DNA of 54,212 nucleotides from a bacterium (GCA_044868695.1 JBIOWP010000015.1:1-54212); one strand, 5' to 3'. Numbered from the stretch's first letter, positions 19,253 to 28,806 are shown. Notes: generated from the letters alone by a model not told the origin. A program made the numbers and translations.

Positions 19253-19314
19253 GGGCGAGGTAGAATCGTTACCGTGGCCGGGAGGCTCTGCGGACCGTGG
19301 CGGCTCAGCAATTC

Positions 19315-19389
19315 TGGCTCCGCGGGTAGGATTCGAACCTACAACCCTCCGGTTAACAGCCGGACGCTCTACCATTGAGCTACCGCGGA
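19315..19389 (-). tRNA. tRNA-Asn (GTT)
   Basis: TCCGCGGTAGCTCAATGGTAGAGCGTCCGGCT-GTT-AACCGGAGGGTTGTAGGTTCGAATCCTACCCGCGGAGCCA; full cloverleaf with encoded CCA. Confidence 0.98.
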
Positions 19390-19405
19390 GCGAACAGGCA
19401 TCCTT

Positions 19406-19435
19406 ATTCTATTTGCCAGTTCACCGGGGTGTCAA
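19406..19435 (-). promoter_or_regulatory. Sigma-70 promoter of tRNA-Asn
   Basis: TTGACA-N18-TAGAAT ending 16 nt upstream of the tRNA. Confidence 0.8.
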
Positions 19436-19450
19436 TCAGACGTGGCTCGC

Positions 19451-20125
19451 ATGAACTACCGGCAGGTCATCAACCGACTCAAGCAGATGGGCAGCCGAAG
19501 GACCGTCGCCGGGATGGCGCGCTTCGGCATCAACCCCAAACGGACGCTGGGGATCTCCATCTACAACCTGCGGCCTCTCGCCCGCGAGATTGGCCGTGAC
19601 CATCGTCTGGCACAGCAGCTGTGGGCGTCGGGCCTGCACGAAGCGCGCATCCTCGCCAGCTACATCGAAGATCCCGACCGCGTCAGCGCAGCGCAGATGG
19701 AGCGGTGGGTCAAGGATTTCGACTCCTGGGACGTCTGTGACCAGGCGACCGAGCTGTTCACGCGGACCCGGTTCGCGCGCGCGAAAATTCGCCTGTGGGC
19801 GAAGCGGGATGAAGAGTTCGTGAAACGGGCGGCCTTTGCCATGATCGCCGAACTAGCCTGGCACAGCAAGACCGCGGCAGACAAGGAATTCGAACCGTTC
19901 TTCCGTCTCATCAAACGCGCGGCGGCCGACGAGCGCAACTTCGTGAAGAAGGCCGTGAACTGGGCGCTGCGCAACATCGGCAAACGGAACCGGCGGCTGA
20001 ACCGGAGGGCGGTGGCCGTGGCCAGGGCGATTGGGCAGATCGACTCACGGGCGGCCAGGTGGATTGCTGCCGATGCGCTGCGAGAACTGACGAGCGCGAA
20101 GATCCGGAAGCGCCTCAAACCATAG
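19451..20125 (+). CDS. DNA alkylation repair protein (AlkD-like HEAT-repeat family)
   Basis: LWASGLHEARILA, FDSWDVCD and DERNFVKKAVNWALRNIGKRN motifs. Confidence 0.9.
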   Translation: MNYRQVINRLKQMGSRRTVAGMARFGINPKRTLGISIYNLRPLAREIGRDHRLAQQLWASGLHEARILASYIEDPDRVSAAQMERWVKDFDSWDVCDQATELFTRTRFARAKIRLWAKRDEEFVKRAAFAMIAELAWHSKTAADKEFEPFFRLIKRAAADERNFVKKAVNWALRNIGKRNRRLNRRAVAVARAIGQIDSRAARWIAADALRELTSAKIRKRLKP

Positions 20126-20156
20126 CCGTCCGTCTATGCTTCCTTGCCCTGTCGTG

Positions 20157-20295
20157 TTCTTCGTCGGTGCCAGGCACCGGCGAAGAAGATCCAGGACCCG
20201 CCCGGTGGGCAGGTGAGGCCGGCCGATTTACCCCTGAAATCCCGCCAAAGTGTGTGGTTCGTCGGTGCCTTTCGTCGGTGCCTGGCACCGGCGAA
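20157..20295. repeat. REP-like palindromic repeats TTCGTCGGTGCC(A/T)GGCACCGGCGAA
   Basis: Full copies at ~20157-20187 and 20271-20295, plus a half copy at 20258-20269. Confidence 0.8.
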
Positions 20296-20351
20296 CTTGG
20301 GTCGGCCTCCCGCAGGAGCGCCCCCCGCAAGTCCTGAATCGTTACACCTAA

Positions 20352-21407
20352 ATGTCGCCTCGCACCGACCTCGTTCTCCGCACCACGCTGGTCGTCATTA
20401 CCATTTTGGTCATTACGGGCCTGGCCTGGCTGCTGGTCCAGATCAAGGAAATTCTGCTCGTGACCCTTGTCGCAGCCATCCTGGCCACGGGGGTGGCCCC
20501 GGTCGTCTCACGGTTGCAGGAGGTGCGCTGGTCCGCCCGCGGCTGGCACCTGTCGCGCACCGCCGCGATTCTGCTGGTCTTCCTGGCGATGATCCTCGTG
20601 CTGCTGGCAATCGGTGCGATGCTGGTCACCCCGCTGGTGCTCGAATCGCAGGAATTCATCTCCAACTTCCCCGCCAAGATGACGGAGCTGCAGACGCTGC
20701 TGCGGGATCTGCGAGTCCGCTACCCGTGGTCGCCCGACCTGGCCGGCATCGCCGGCCGGCTGCCGCAGGAACTCACGCGGATGTCTCGCTACTTTGCTCC
20801 GGCCGCCGGGGTCGCGTTCCGCTTCCTGGGCGGGGTGGCCACCGTCATCACGGTGCTGTTCATGGCCTTCTACATGCTGGTGGAAGGGCCGGCGATTCGC
20901 GCCGGGTTCCTCGCGCTCTTCCCACGCCGGGACCGGATGAGGCTGCAGGAAGTCCTGGATCAGATCGGCGCCAAGTTCGGCGGATGGATACGGGGCCAGC
21001 TGCTCCTGGGATTCATCATCGGAGCCGCTGCGTGGGTGCTGACGTCAACGCTCCACCTGCCCTACCCGGTGCTGCTGGGAATTGTGGCCGGCATCACGGA
21101 GCTGGTGCCGATGATCGGACCCATCCTCGGCGCCGTCCCCGCGGTCTTCCTGGCGCTCTTCCAGCCGCCGGCGTGGAGGCTCCTGGCGGTCGTCATCGGG
21201 TACGCGGTGATCCAGCAGGCAGAGGCCAACTTTGTCGTGCCGAGAGTCATGCGAAAGTCAGTGGGGCTGTCCCCGCTATTGACGATTCTCGCGCTGGTGA
21301 TCGGGGGAAAGCTGCTGGGAATCGCCGGCGCGCTCCTCGCGGTGCCCGTGGCGGCCGCGATGCAGGTGGTGGTTGGCGAGATCGTCCATCGGTTCCGGCC
21401 GGAGTAG
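20352..21407 (+). CDS. AI-2E family transporter
   Basis: Multi-TM; WIRGQL, ELVPMIGP, QQAEANFVVPRVM and GALLAVP motifs. Confidence 0.93.
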   Translation: MSPRTDLVLRTTLVVITILVITGLAWLLVQIKEILLVTLVAAILATGVAPVVSRLQEVRWSARGWHLSRTAAILLVFLAMILVLLAIGAMLVTPLVLESQEFISNFPAKMTELQTLLRDLRVRYPWSPDLAGIAGRLPQELTRMSRYFAPAAGVAFRFLGGVATVITVLFMAFYMLVEGPAIRAGFLALFPRRDRMRLQEVLDQIGAKFGGWIRGQLLLGFIIGAAAWVLTSTLHLPYPVLLGIVAGITELVPMIGPILGAVPAVFLALFQPPAWRLLAVVIGYAVIQQAEANFVVPRVMRKSVGLSPLLTILALVIGGKLLGIAGALLAVPVAAAMQVVVGEIVHRFRPE

Positions 21408-21418
21408 CGAGGGAGAGG

Positions 21419-22228
21419 CTAGTCTTCGGTTCGTTCCTCGATGAAGGACAGAGCCTGCGACAGCGCCGCGGTCAGGAATGCCGTCGCCTCGTGCTCACAC
21501 AGGTCTGAAAATCCCCGCCGCTCCAGAAACTGCCGCAGCGCCGGGACCAGTTTGGACAGCTTGCGCGACATGTACGAGAACAGGTCCCAGTAGGCTTCCT
21601 CCGCCGCGGGATCGCCCGGGCCGGCGCGTTCCATCAGTGTCAGATACCGGGAGTGGAGGTCGCGGTATTGCGCGTCGTGCTCGTGTTCGCCGCGCAGCTG
21701 CTCGATGATGGCCGAGATCTCCGCGTCCTCCAGCGCTTCCTGCGACAGGAAGCTCATGTCCAGGAGCAGCTCGCTGAGCTCTTCGGTGGGATGACCCAGG
21801 TACAGCTCCGCCTGGTGCTGCTCCGGGCCGATCAGCCGGCGCAGCTCGCGGGTCAGTTCATCGTCGGCTTTGGGCAGCTTCGGCGGGCGGCCGTTGCGGG
21901 TGAGGGCCTCGGAGCGCTCACGCACCGACACGCGCGTCAGCGCGTCCTGGCCGAACCGGCGGCGGACGTACGCGGTGGCCTCGCCTTCGTCGACGGGTTT
22001 CGCGGATTGGAAGACCAGCGTGTCGCCGGTGTAGCCGCGGTAGCGCCAGCCGTCGGTCGCCAGGTCCTCCACCCAGCGCGCGACCTGGCGCAGGAAGGGA
22101 CCGTGCACCGCCGCGCCGCGCAGCAACGCCGCGATGACCGATTTGGTCGAGCGCCCGCGGAGGACGAACTCACCCGGCCGCTCGAACAGGCGGATGGCGA
22201 TTTCGGTGTAGGTGTGGTTCCGTCCCAT
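21419..22228 (-). CDS. Hypothetical soluble protein
   Basis: Long ORF with protein-like composition filling the gap; no recognisable motif. Confidence 0.7.
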   Translation of the reverse strand: MGRNHTYTEIAIRLFERPGEFVLRGRSTKSVIAALLRGAAVHGPFLRQVARWVEDLATDGWRYRGYTGDTLVFQSAKPVDEGEATAYVRRRFGQDALTRVSVRERSEALTRNGRPPKLPKADDELTRELRRLIGPEQHQAELYLGHPTEELSELLLDMSFLSQEALEDAEISAIIEQLRGEHEHDAQYRDLHSRYLTLMERAGPGDPAAEEAYWDLFSYMSRKLSKLVPALRQFLERRGFSDLCEHEATAFLTAALSQALSFIEERTED

Positions 22229-22331
22229 CAGGTCCACGCACACATCGCGCGGGTTGGCTCTAGTATAACATGGACAGGAGAAGGTCCACGCTGAACGGAA
22301 TTCAGCACGCAGCCCGGAGGAGGCCCGATGC

Positions 22332-23600
22332 ATGACGTTCGAACGTGCGGCACGCGAGTCGCTCGAGGCGTCGGCGCTGGCGCCGTACGCCGTGCGCAGC
22401 GCAGCCGCGCGCCGTCGCTACCACGAACGGCCCGATACCTACCGGACTGAGTTCCAGCGCGACCGCGATCGCGTGCTGCACTCCACGGCGTTCCGCCGGC
22501 TGCAGAACAAGACGCAGGTCTTCGTCGTCACCGAAGGAGATCTGTACCGCACCCGCCTGACCCACACGTTGGAGGTCGCGCAGATTGCGCGGAGCATCGC
22601 CTCCGCGCTGCGGGTGAACAGCGACCTTGTGGAAGCGATCGCGCTGGCGCACGACGTGGGGCACCCGCCCTTCGGTCACGCGGGGGAGCAGGAACTGCAC
22701 GCGCTGATGCGCGAACACGGCGGATTCGAGCACAACCTGCAGTCGCTGCGGGTGGTCGACGAACTCGAGCTCCGCTATGCCATGTACCCTGGGTTGAATC
22801 TCAGTTGGGATGTCCGGCATGGCATCGCCTCGCACTCGACGATCTACGATGCCCCGGAGGTCCCCGCTGAGTTCTCGCAGGTGCCGAGCGCTTCGCTGGA
22901 GGGACAGGTGGTCGATGTGGCGGACATGATCGCCTACAGCACCCATGATCTCGACGACGCCCTGCACATCGGGCTCGCGGACGAGCACCATCTCACCAGC
23001 CGCGGCATCGAGCTCTGGGTCGAGGCGCTCCAGTACGCCGATCACACGCTCGTGCGCCACGATACCGCGGAGACCCAGGTGGAGTTGACGCTGGAGGAAG
23101 TCCGGGGAGAGGTCCCGCGCGAGCCGCTGCCCGCAGATTCCTGGAAACGCCGCGACGTGCGGATCCGCGAGGCCATCCGCTGGATGATCGGCCGTCTCGT
23201 CGAGGACGTCATCACGACGTCCGACAGCGAGATCCGCCGCGCCGGGGTCGCGTCGACCGATGCCGTCCGGCGTCACGCGCACCGGCTCGTGGTCATGAGC
23301 GATCTGCTAACCCATCAGCTCCGCCAGCTCGCCACCTACCTTCGAGAAGAGGTCTACTATCACCCGGAGAAGCTGGTCATGGAGCAGAAGGCCCGCCGCA
23401 TCATCCGCGGGTTGTTCGACGCGTGCGTCGGCGAACCGAGGCTGCTGCCGCGGCCGGTCCAGGAGCGCCTGGACGGCGCCGACCGCCACCGGGTGGTGTG
23501 TGACTTCGTCTCGGGGCTGACGGACCGTTCGGCGCTCGATCTATACAACCGCCTTTTTGAGACGTATGAGTTCGGGTTCGGCGGAGGCACGACACCGTGA
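22332..23600 (+). CDS. dgt: Deoxyguanosinetriphosphate triphosphohydrolase (HD domain)
   Basis: FQRDRDR, FRRLQNKTQVF, RTRLTHTLEV, HDVGHPPFGHAGE, FEHN and IAYSTHDLDD motifs. Confidence 0.93.
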   Translation: MTFERAARESLEASALAPYAVRSAAARRRYHERPDTYRTEFQRDRDRVLHSTAFRRLQNKTQVFVVTEGDLYRTRLTHTLEVAQIARSIASALRVNSDLVEAIALAHDVGHPPFGHAGEQELHALMREHGGFEHNLQSLRVVDELELRYAMYPGLNLSWDVRHGIASHSTIYDAPEVPAEFSQVPSASLEGQVVDVADMIAYSTHDLDDALHIGLADEHHLTSRGIELWVEALQYADHTLVRHDTAETQVELTLEEVRGEVPREPLPADSWKRRDVRIREAIRWMIGRLVEDVITTSDSEIRRAGVASTDAVRRHAHRLVVMSDLLTHQLRQLATYLREEVYYHPEKLVMEQKARRIIRGLFDACVGEPRLLPRPVQERLDGADRHRVVCDFVSGLTDRSALDLYNRLFETYEFGFGGGTTP

Positions 23601-25867
23601 GCACCCAGTTGCCAGTCGCCGGTCACCAGCCGCGCGTGGTCGGCAAGCCCACCAAGCGCATCGAAGGCCTGGAAAAAGTCACCGGCGCCGCCCGGTACAC
23701 GGAAGACCTGCGGCTGCCTGGGATGCTGCACGTGCGGCTCGTCTCGAGCCCATACCCGCACGCCCGCGTGGTGCGGGTGCCCAAAGAGGACGCGCTGGCC
23801 GTGCGGGGCGTTGTGGCCGTCGTTACGGAGGCGGACCTGCCCGACGGCGTCAGCAGCCGGCTCCTGGCAGAGGGGGAAACGCGGTACACGGGCCACCCGG
23901 TCGCGGCCGTTGTCGCCGAGAGTGAGACCGCCGCGTCCGACGGCGCCGACCGCCTGGCGGGTGCGATGGACTACGAGGTGCTGCCCGCGGTGTTGACCCC
24001 GGATGAGGCGCTGCGCGACGGTGCGCCGCTCGTCGTGGAACAGATGGAGGAGGACAAGGAAGGCGCGGCCCATGCCAGCGTCTCCGCGGGCGCGACGCAG
24101 GAGGCGCTGCCCCGCAACGTCGCCAACCGCTACCACTTCACGCGCGGAGACATCGCGCAGGGTTTTCGTGAGGCCGCCCTCGTGGTCGAGCACACGTACG
24201 GCACCGGGCGGCTACACCAGGCCTACCTGGAGCCGCACGCGACGATGGCCGCGCCGGATCCCGCGACCGGGGGCGTGACGATCTACACGTCCACGCAGGG
24301 ACAGTTCTACGTGCGCAACGAGACGGCGGACGCGCTGGGCATTGCGCAGCAGCAGGTGCGCGTCGTCCCGATGACAGTGGGCGGAGGGTTCGGGGGCAAG
24401 ATCCTGCTCCTCGAGCCTCTCGCGGCGGCGCTAGCGCTCACCCAGAAGCGTCCCGTGCGCGTGGTGCTGACGCGCCGGGACGACTTCCTGCTGGGGAACC
24501 CCGGGCCGGAGTGCACGATCTGGTTGAAGAGCGGAGTCCGGCGCGACGGCACCCTCACCGCGCTGCAGGCCCGGCTGGTCTTTGACGCGGGCGCCTCACC
24601 CGGCGCGCCGGCGTCCATTGCCGCGATCCTGGTGGGCGGCTACTACAAAGTGCCCCACCTGGAGATCGAATCGCTCGAGGTGCTGACCCACAAGCCGCCC
24701 AACGGCGCCTATCGCGCGCCCGGAGCCCCGCAGGCCAGCTTCGCCATCGAGTCGCAGATGAACATCATGGCCGAACAACTGGGTCTGGATCCGGTCGAGT
24801 TCCGCCTGCGCAACGCGTCGGACACCGGCGATCCGATGCCCAACGGCCGCCCCTGGCAAAAGCAGGGGCTGCGGCAGGTCCTCCTGACCCTGCGCGACCA
24901 TCCGAAGTGGAAGAACCGGGTCCGCGGCGACGGCATCGGGTACGGGGTGGCCGTCGGCGGGTGGCCCGGAGGCGTCGAGTCCGCGGCGGCGTGCATCCGG
25001 GCAAACACCGACGGAACATTTCATGTGGTCGTCGGCGCCGTGGACATCACCGGCGTCGCCACGTCGCTGCGGCTGATCGCCGCGGAGATGCTGGGCGTGG
25101 ATCCGGATCTGATCCGCGTGATTACGGCCGACACCGACAGCGCTCCCTATGCCGGCATGTCGGGTGGGAGCAAGACGACCTACACCGTGGGCACGGCCGT
25201 CCGGCTTGCCGCCGAGGACGCGCGCACGCAGATCCTGTCCATCGGGGCCGTCGAAATGGAAGCCCGGGCGGACGATTTGGAGATTGTCGACGGGCAGGTC
25301 CGCGTGAAGGGGACCCCGCAGCGCGCCGTGCCCCTGGCAGCGCTCCTGAAGAAGAGCATGGCGTTTGGCGCCAGGTACGCGCCCGTCATGGGCAACGGAT
25401 CCCTCCCGTCCCCCAAGGCGTCTCCGGGTTTTGCGGCGCACCTGGCGAAGGTGCGCGTCGACCGGGAGACCGGGCACGTGCAATTGCTGGACTATGTCGT
25501 CATTCAAGACGTGGGATTCGCCATCAATCCGGCGGCGGTGGACGGGCAGATGCGCGGCGGCGCCACGCAGGGGATCGGCTGGGGACTGCTCGAGGCGATG
25601 ACGTACGATGAGCAGGGTAACCTGCTGAATGGGACGTTTGCGGACTACCCGATTCCCAGGGCGGCGGACGTCCCGCCGATGGAGACGGTCATGGTCCACG
25701 TGCCGTCGGAGGCGGGACCGTTCGGCGCGAAAGGAGTGGGGGAGCCCCCGGTCGTGCCCGGAGGCGCCGCCATTGCCAACGCGGTCGCCGACGCCTCGGG
25801 GGTGCACCTTCAAACGCTGCCGATCACCCCGCAGAAACTCCGCGCGGCGATGACGGCAACACGATGA
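23597..25867 (+). CDS. Xanthine dehydrogenase/CoxL-family molybdopterin-binding subunit
   Basis: KVTGAARY, VGGGFGGK, AYRAPG, QMRGG and GAKGVGE motifs. Confidence 0.92.
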   Translation: MSTQLPVAGHQPRVVGKPTKRIEGLEKVTGAARYTEDLRLPGMLHVRLVSSPYPHARVVRVPKEDALAVRGVVAVVTEADLPDGVSSRLLAEGETRYTGHPVAAVVAESETAASDGADRLAGAMDYEVLPAVLTPDEALRDGAPLVVEQMEEDKEGAAHASVSAGATQEALPRNVANRYHFTRGDIAQGFREAALVVEHTYGTGRLHQAYLEPHATMAAPDPATGGVTIYTSTQGQFYVRNETADALGIAQQQVRVVPMTVGGGFGGKILLLEPLAAALALTQKRPVRVVLTRRDDFLLGNPGPECTIWLKSGVRRDGTLTALQARLVFDAGASPGAPASIAAILVGGYYKVPHLEIESLEVLTHKPPNGAYRAPGAPQASFAIESQMNIMAEQLGLDPVEFRLRNASDTGDPMPNGRPWQKQGLRQVLLTLRDHPKWKNRVRGDGIGYGVAVGGWPGGVESAAACIRANTDGTFHVVVGAVDITGVATSLRLIAAEMLGVDPDLIRVITADTDSAPYAGMSGGSKTTYTVGTAVRLAAEDARTQILSIGAVEMEARADDLEIVDGQVRVKGTPQRAVPLAALLKKSMAFGARYAPVMGNGSLPSPKASPGFAAHLAKVRVDRETGHVQLLDYVVIQDVGFAINPAAVDGQMRGGATQGIGWGLLEAMTYDEQGNLLNGTFADYPIPRAADVPPMETVMVHVPSEAGPFGAKGVGEPPVVPGGAAIANAVADASGVHLQTLPITPQKLRAAMTATR

Positions 25868-26463
25868 CTTTCAGAGTGACGCTGGTTCTCCTCGCCTGCC
25901 TCACCGCGTCGATCAGTGCCGCTCCTTCTTCCTACTTCCCTCTGACTCCCGGCGCCGCATGGGTTCGCGGCGGCGGCGACGGCGCGCAGATCACCGTCAG
26001 GGTCCTGGGCTCAAAAACCCTGGCGGGCGCCGGGTGCACCATCGTCGAAACGACGAGCGTGCGGACGGACCGTACACGAGTCTCCCGCAGCTGCTACCGG
26101 ACGACCCCGGGCGCGGTCCTGGCCGTTGAGGCGGAGACCGCAGGGCGCACAGTCGTCCTGGACCCGCCCAGGCCCTTGATGATGCTCCCGCCGGCGCCGG
26201 GGAAGACCTGGACCTGGCTCTCCAAATCCCCACCGGGCGCGCCGGAAACACTGACCTGGGTCGGTGAAGAGGCCGTGCGGGTGCCGGCCGGCGCGTTTCG
26301 AGCGTGGAAGGTCCGGATGACGACGACGCGGGGGATCCTAACGTTCACGCTGGACACCTGGTACGCGGCGGGTGTGGGTGTCGTCAAGATTCAACGAGAA
26401 ATCAGCGGGCAGGGCCGCGAAGCCGAGGGCAGCAGCGAACTGGTGTCTTATAGAATCCCTTAA
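25864..26463 (+). CDS. Secreted beta-rich hypothetical protein
   Basis: Signal peptide; YFPLTPG, VRVPAGAF and WYAAGVGVVK motifs; ATGA overlap. Confidence 0.8.
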   Translation: MTFRVTLVLLACLTASISAAPSSYFPLTPGAAWVRGGGDGAQITVRVLGSKTLAGAGCTIVETTSVRTDRTRVSRSCYRTTPGAVLAVEAETAGRTVVLDPPRPLMMLPPAPGKTWTWLSKSPPGAPETLTWVGEEAVRVPAGAFRAWKVRMTTTRGILTFTLDTWYAAGVGVVKIQREISGQGREAEGSSELVSYRIP

Positions 26464-26476
26464 GAAATCCTCATCT

Positions 26477-26520
26477 CCCTCTCCCCCCTCATTTGGGGGG
26501 AGAGGGTAGGGTGAGGGGGG
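26477..26520. repeat. REP-like hairpin, likely a bidirectional terminator between convergent genes
   Basis: Perfect 12-bp stem CCCTCTCCCCCC-TCATTT-GGGGGGAGAGGG followed by TAGGGTGAGGGG. Confidence 0.7.
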
Positions 26521-26526
26521 TTCCCC

Positions 26527-27006
26527 CTACAGCCTTACATTAAATATCACTGCCAGGTTGGGTGCCGGCGTCCCGATGAGCGTGAGGGACAACTGCGGCC
26601 CGAAGTCATCTGCCCTGATCGCAATTAGCGTCACCGAGTTCATGGGTACGATGGCGGCCGCCGTCCTGATCGGCACCAGATAGAAGATGCGCCCCCGGAG
26701 CTTCGCCCCGGCCGGCGTGCTCAAGCGCACGATCTGGCCGGGCGGGATCTTCGCGTCCGGGGCGGCGAACGCCAGGAAGGTGCCGCGGCTGTCCCGCAGG
26801 ACGAAGAGGACGTAGCACCGCCCCTTCTGAACGACGATGTTCCCGAAGATCAGCACGCCCGCAGGACAGAAGAGATCCCCCGCCTTATAGCTCTTGACCT
26901 TCAGAGGCTTTGCCGGTTTGGCCTGGTTCGACGGTCCCGCAACAGACAGAGACGTCAGGGTCAGGACCAGCACGAGCATCAACGTGATGACTCGAGCCAT
27001 TCGCAT
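26527..27006 (-). CDS. Secreted hypothetical protein
   Basis: SD GGAGG; signal peptide MRMARVITLMLVLVLTLTSLSVA; two Cys; beta-rich. Confidence 0.7.
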   Translation of the reverse strand: MRMARVITLMLVLVLTLTSLSVAGPSNQAKPAKPLKVKSYKAGDLFCPAGVLIFGNIVVQKGRCYVLFVLRDSRGTFLAFAAPDAKIPPGQIVRLSTPAGAKLRGRIFYLVPIRTAAAIVPMNSVTLIAIRADDFGPQLSLTLIGTPAPNLAVIFNVRL

Positions 27007-27082
27007 CTCGCACTTCCTCCCGGGCGCAGCCGCGCCCGCTGATTCTATACGCAGTGCGGAACGGGCGAGTTCCGCCAGCATC

Positions 27083-28231
27083 TTACCCAGGCCGTCGTGC
27101 AGGTAGACGGCCGACGGCGCGTGCCTGCACGGCCGCAGCCACGGCCGCAACGCCTCCGGCCAGCGCGTACGTGATTTCCAGACCGAAGGTTCTCCCGAGC
27201 ATTCCGCCGCCGATCGCTCCGGCTCCGATGCCGATTTCGAGAAAGATGCCCAGCGTCGCCATGGCGCTGCCGCGTTCACCTGCGCCGACGAGATCTGAGC
27301 CCAACGCGAAGATCGCGGGCTGTGCCATGCCGTGCCCGGTCCCCGCCAGAAATCCGCCCAGGAGCAGCCACCAGCCTGGAACGGCTGCAATGACCCAGGT
27401 CCCCAGCGCAATGAGCCCAAGCCCAGGTCCGATGGCCGCGCGCCGTCCGAACCGATCCGATACGCGGCGCAGCAGAGTTTGGACCAGCACCTGCCCCACG
27501 GCGAGCGCCGCGAAGACCAGTCCCGGATTTGCCAGTCCCCGCCGGCTTGCGTGTACTGCGAGCAGTCCGAAGTTCAAACCGAATGTGAGCATCACCGCGG
27601 TAAGGACGAGTCCTGGGACAAGCACGGCCGGGTGAATCAGACGGTTCGAGTCAGGACGAGATGTCCGGGGCGACGGCTGCGCGAGCGCTGGGGCCAGGCC
27701 CGCGCAGCCTGCCGCGAGCGCACCGCAGATGACAAACAGGCCGGGATAGCCCGCAGCAGCAGCGATGGCGATGCCCACCGTGGGAGCCACCCCTTGCCCG
27801 ATGCTGGACGCCAGGCTGAGCAGGCTGAGGGCCTCGCCCCGCCGGTGCTCGGGGGCCATCGCGATGGCCAGCACCTGAGAAGACGTGGAGGACAACCCGA
27901 TGGCGATTCCGGAGAGAACCCGGAATCCAATGAGTGCTGCGACGGTCTGCGACAACCAGAAGCCGGCAGCGGACAGCAGGTAGAAGCAACCGGCGGCCAG
28001 CATCCCCCAGCGCGCGCCGCCGCGGTCCAGCCACCAGCCAACCCATGGGCGAGAGATGAGCGAGGCCAGGGCGATGACGCCGGTCAGCAGGCCGACCGCG
28101 GCGTCATCGGCCCCGAGCCCGACGGCGTAAAGCGGAAGGCTGGCCGTCAGGAGTTGGAAGCTGAAGTACCCCAGGAATGTGACGCACCACAGGAGGATAA
28201 AGCCGCGGGCGAAGAGGGGGGAGGTGGCCAT
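27083..28231 (-). CDS. MFS transporter
   Basis: About 12 TM; motif A-like GWWLDRGG and RVSDRFGRR. Confidence 0.9.
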   Translation of the reverse strand: MATSPLFARGFILLWCVTFLGYFSFQLLTASLPLYAVGLGADDAAVGLLTGVIALASLISRPWVGWWLDRGGARWGMLAAGCFYLLSAAGFWLSQTVAALIGFRVLSGIAIGLSSTSSQVLAIAMAPEHRRGEALSLLSLASSIGQGVAPTVGIAIAAAAGYPGLFVICGALAAGCAGLAPALAQPSPRTSRPDSNRLIHPAVLVPGLVLTAVMLTFGLNFGLLAVHASRRGLANPGLVFAALAVGQVLVQTLLRRVSDRFGRRAAIGPGLGLIALGTWVIAAVPGWWLLLGGFLAGTGHGMAQPAIFALGSDLVGAGERGSAMATLGIFLEIGIGAGAIGGGMLGRTFGLEITYALAGGVAAVAAAVQARAVGRLPARRPG

Positions 28232-28297
28232 CGGACCTACAATTGACTACTGCGAAGCCTCCGTCCTGTCGGCTTCGGCTCAAGAGGGGGGACTAGG

Positions 28298-28786
28298 TTG
28301 GGGAATTTTCAGATTTTTGGCCTGCAGTTCGCGCTCAGCACCCTCGTCTACGCGCTGCTCGTTCGCTGGTTCGCGTCAGCCTGGCTGGCCGCTATGCCGG
28401 TTCGTAGCGCACTTCTTGTCCTTCTGATTCCACATCTCATGCGGCACTTGGGCATGACATTTCTGGTTACTGTCGTGGCGTCTTCTGACGTCCCCCGGGG
28501 TTTCGTGTCGCAGGTCGCCTACGGGGACCTGCTCGCCATGTTCCTGGCGCTGGCGGCGGCACTGGCCTTGCGCGCCCGAGCGGATTTCGCACGCGGACTC
28601 GTGTGGGTATTCAATGTCCTCGGTTCGCTGGATCTTGTGAATGCGCTTTACAACGGGATACGGCTCGACGTCACTCGATACCAGGTGGGTGCGGTCTGGT
28701 ATATCCCAACGTTCGTAGTCCCGCTCCTCCTGGTCACCCACTACATGATCTTTGTCACGCTGTTGAGGCGGAAGGGCATGAGCTAG
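28298..28786 (+). CDS. Hypothetical membrane protein (about 5 TM)
   Basis: TTG start with SD; HLMRHLG, AYGDLLA and FNVLGSLD motifs. Confidence 0.75.
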   Translation: MGNFQIFGLQFALSTLVYALLVRWFASAWLAAMPVRSALLVLLIPHLMRHLGMTFLVTVVASSDVPRGFVSQVAYGDLLAMFLALAAALALRARADFARGLVWVFNVLGSLDLVNALYNGIRLDVTRYQVGAVWYIPTFVVPLLLVTHYMIFVTLLRRKGMS

Positions 28787-28787
28787 C

Positions 28788-28796
28788 TGCTATACT
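28788..28796 (+). promoter_or_regulatory. Extended -10 promoter of tRNA-Ala
   Basis: TG-C-TATACT ending 10 nt upstream of the tRNA. Confidence 0.55.
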
Positions 28797-28806
28797 AGGA
28801 CGTCGT

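Noticed and set aside
20157..20295. CRISPR array
   Set aside because: Only 2.5 palindromic copies, irregular spacing, and no cas genes
22332..23600. Anti-phage dGTPase defence gene
   Set aside because: It looks like the ordinary housekeeping Dgt type, with host-like composition and no defence or mobile context
23597..25867. True aerobic CO dehydrogenase (form I CoxL)
   Set aside because: The loop is AYRAPG, not AYxCSFR, and there are no coxMS or accessory genes
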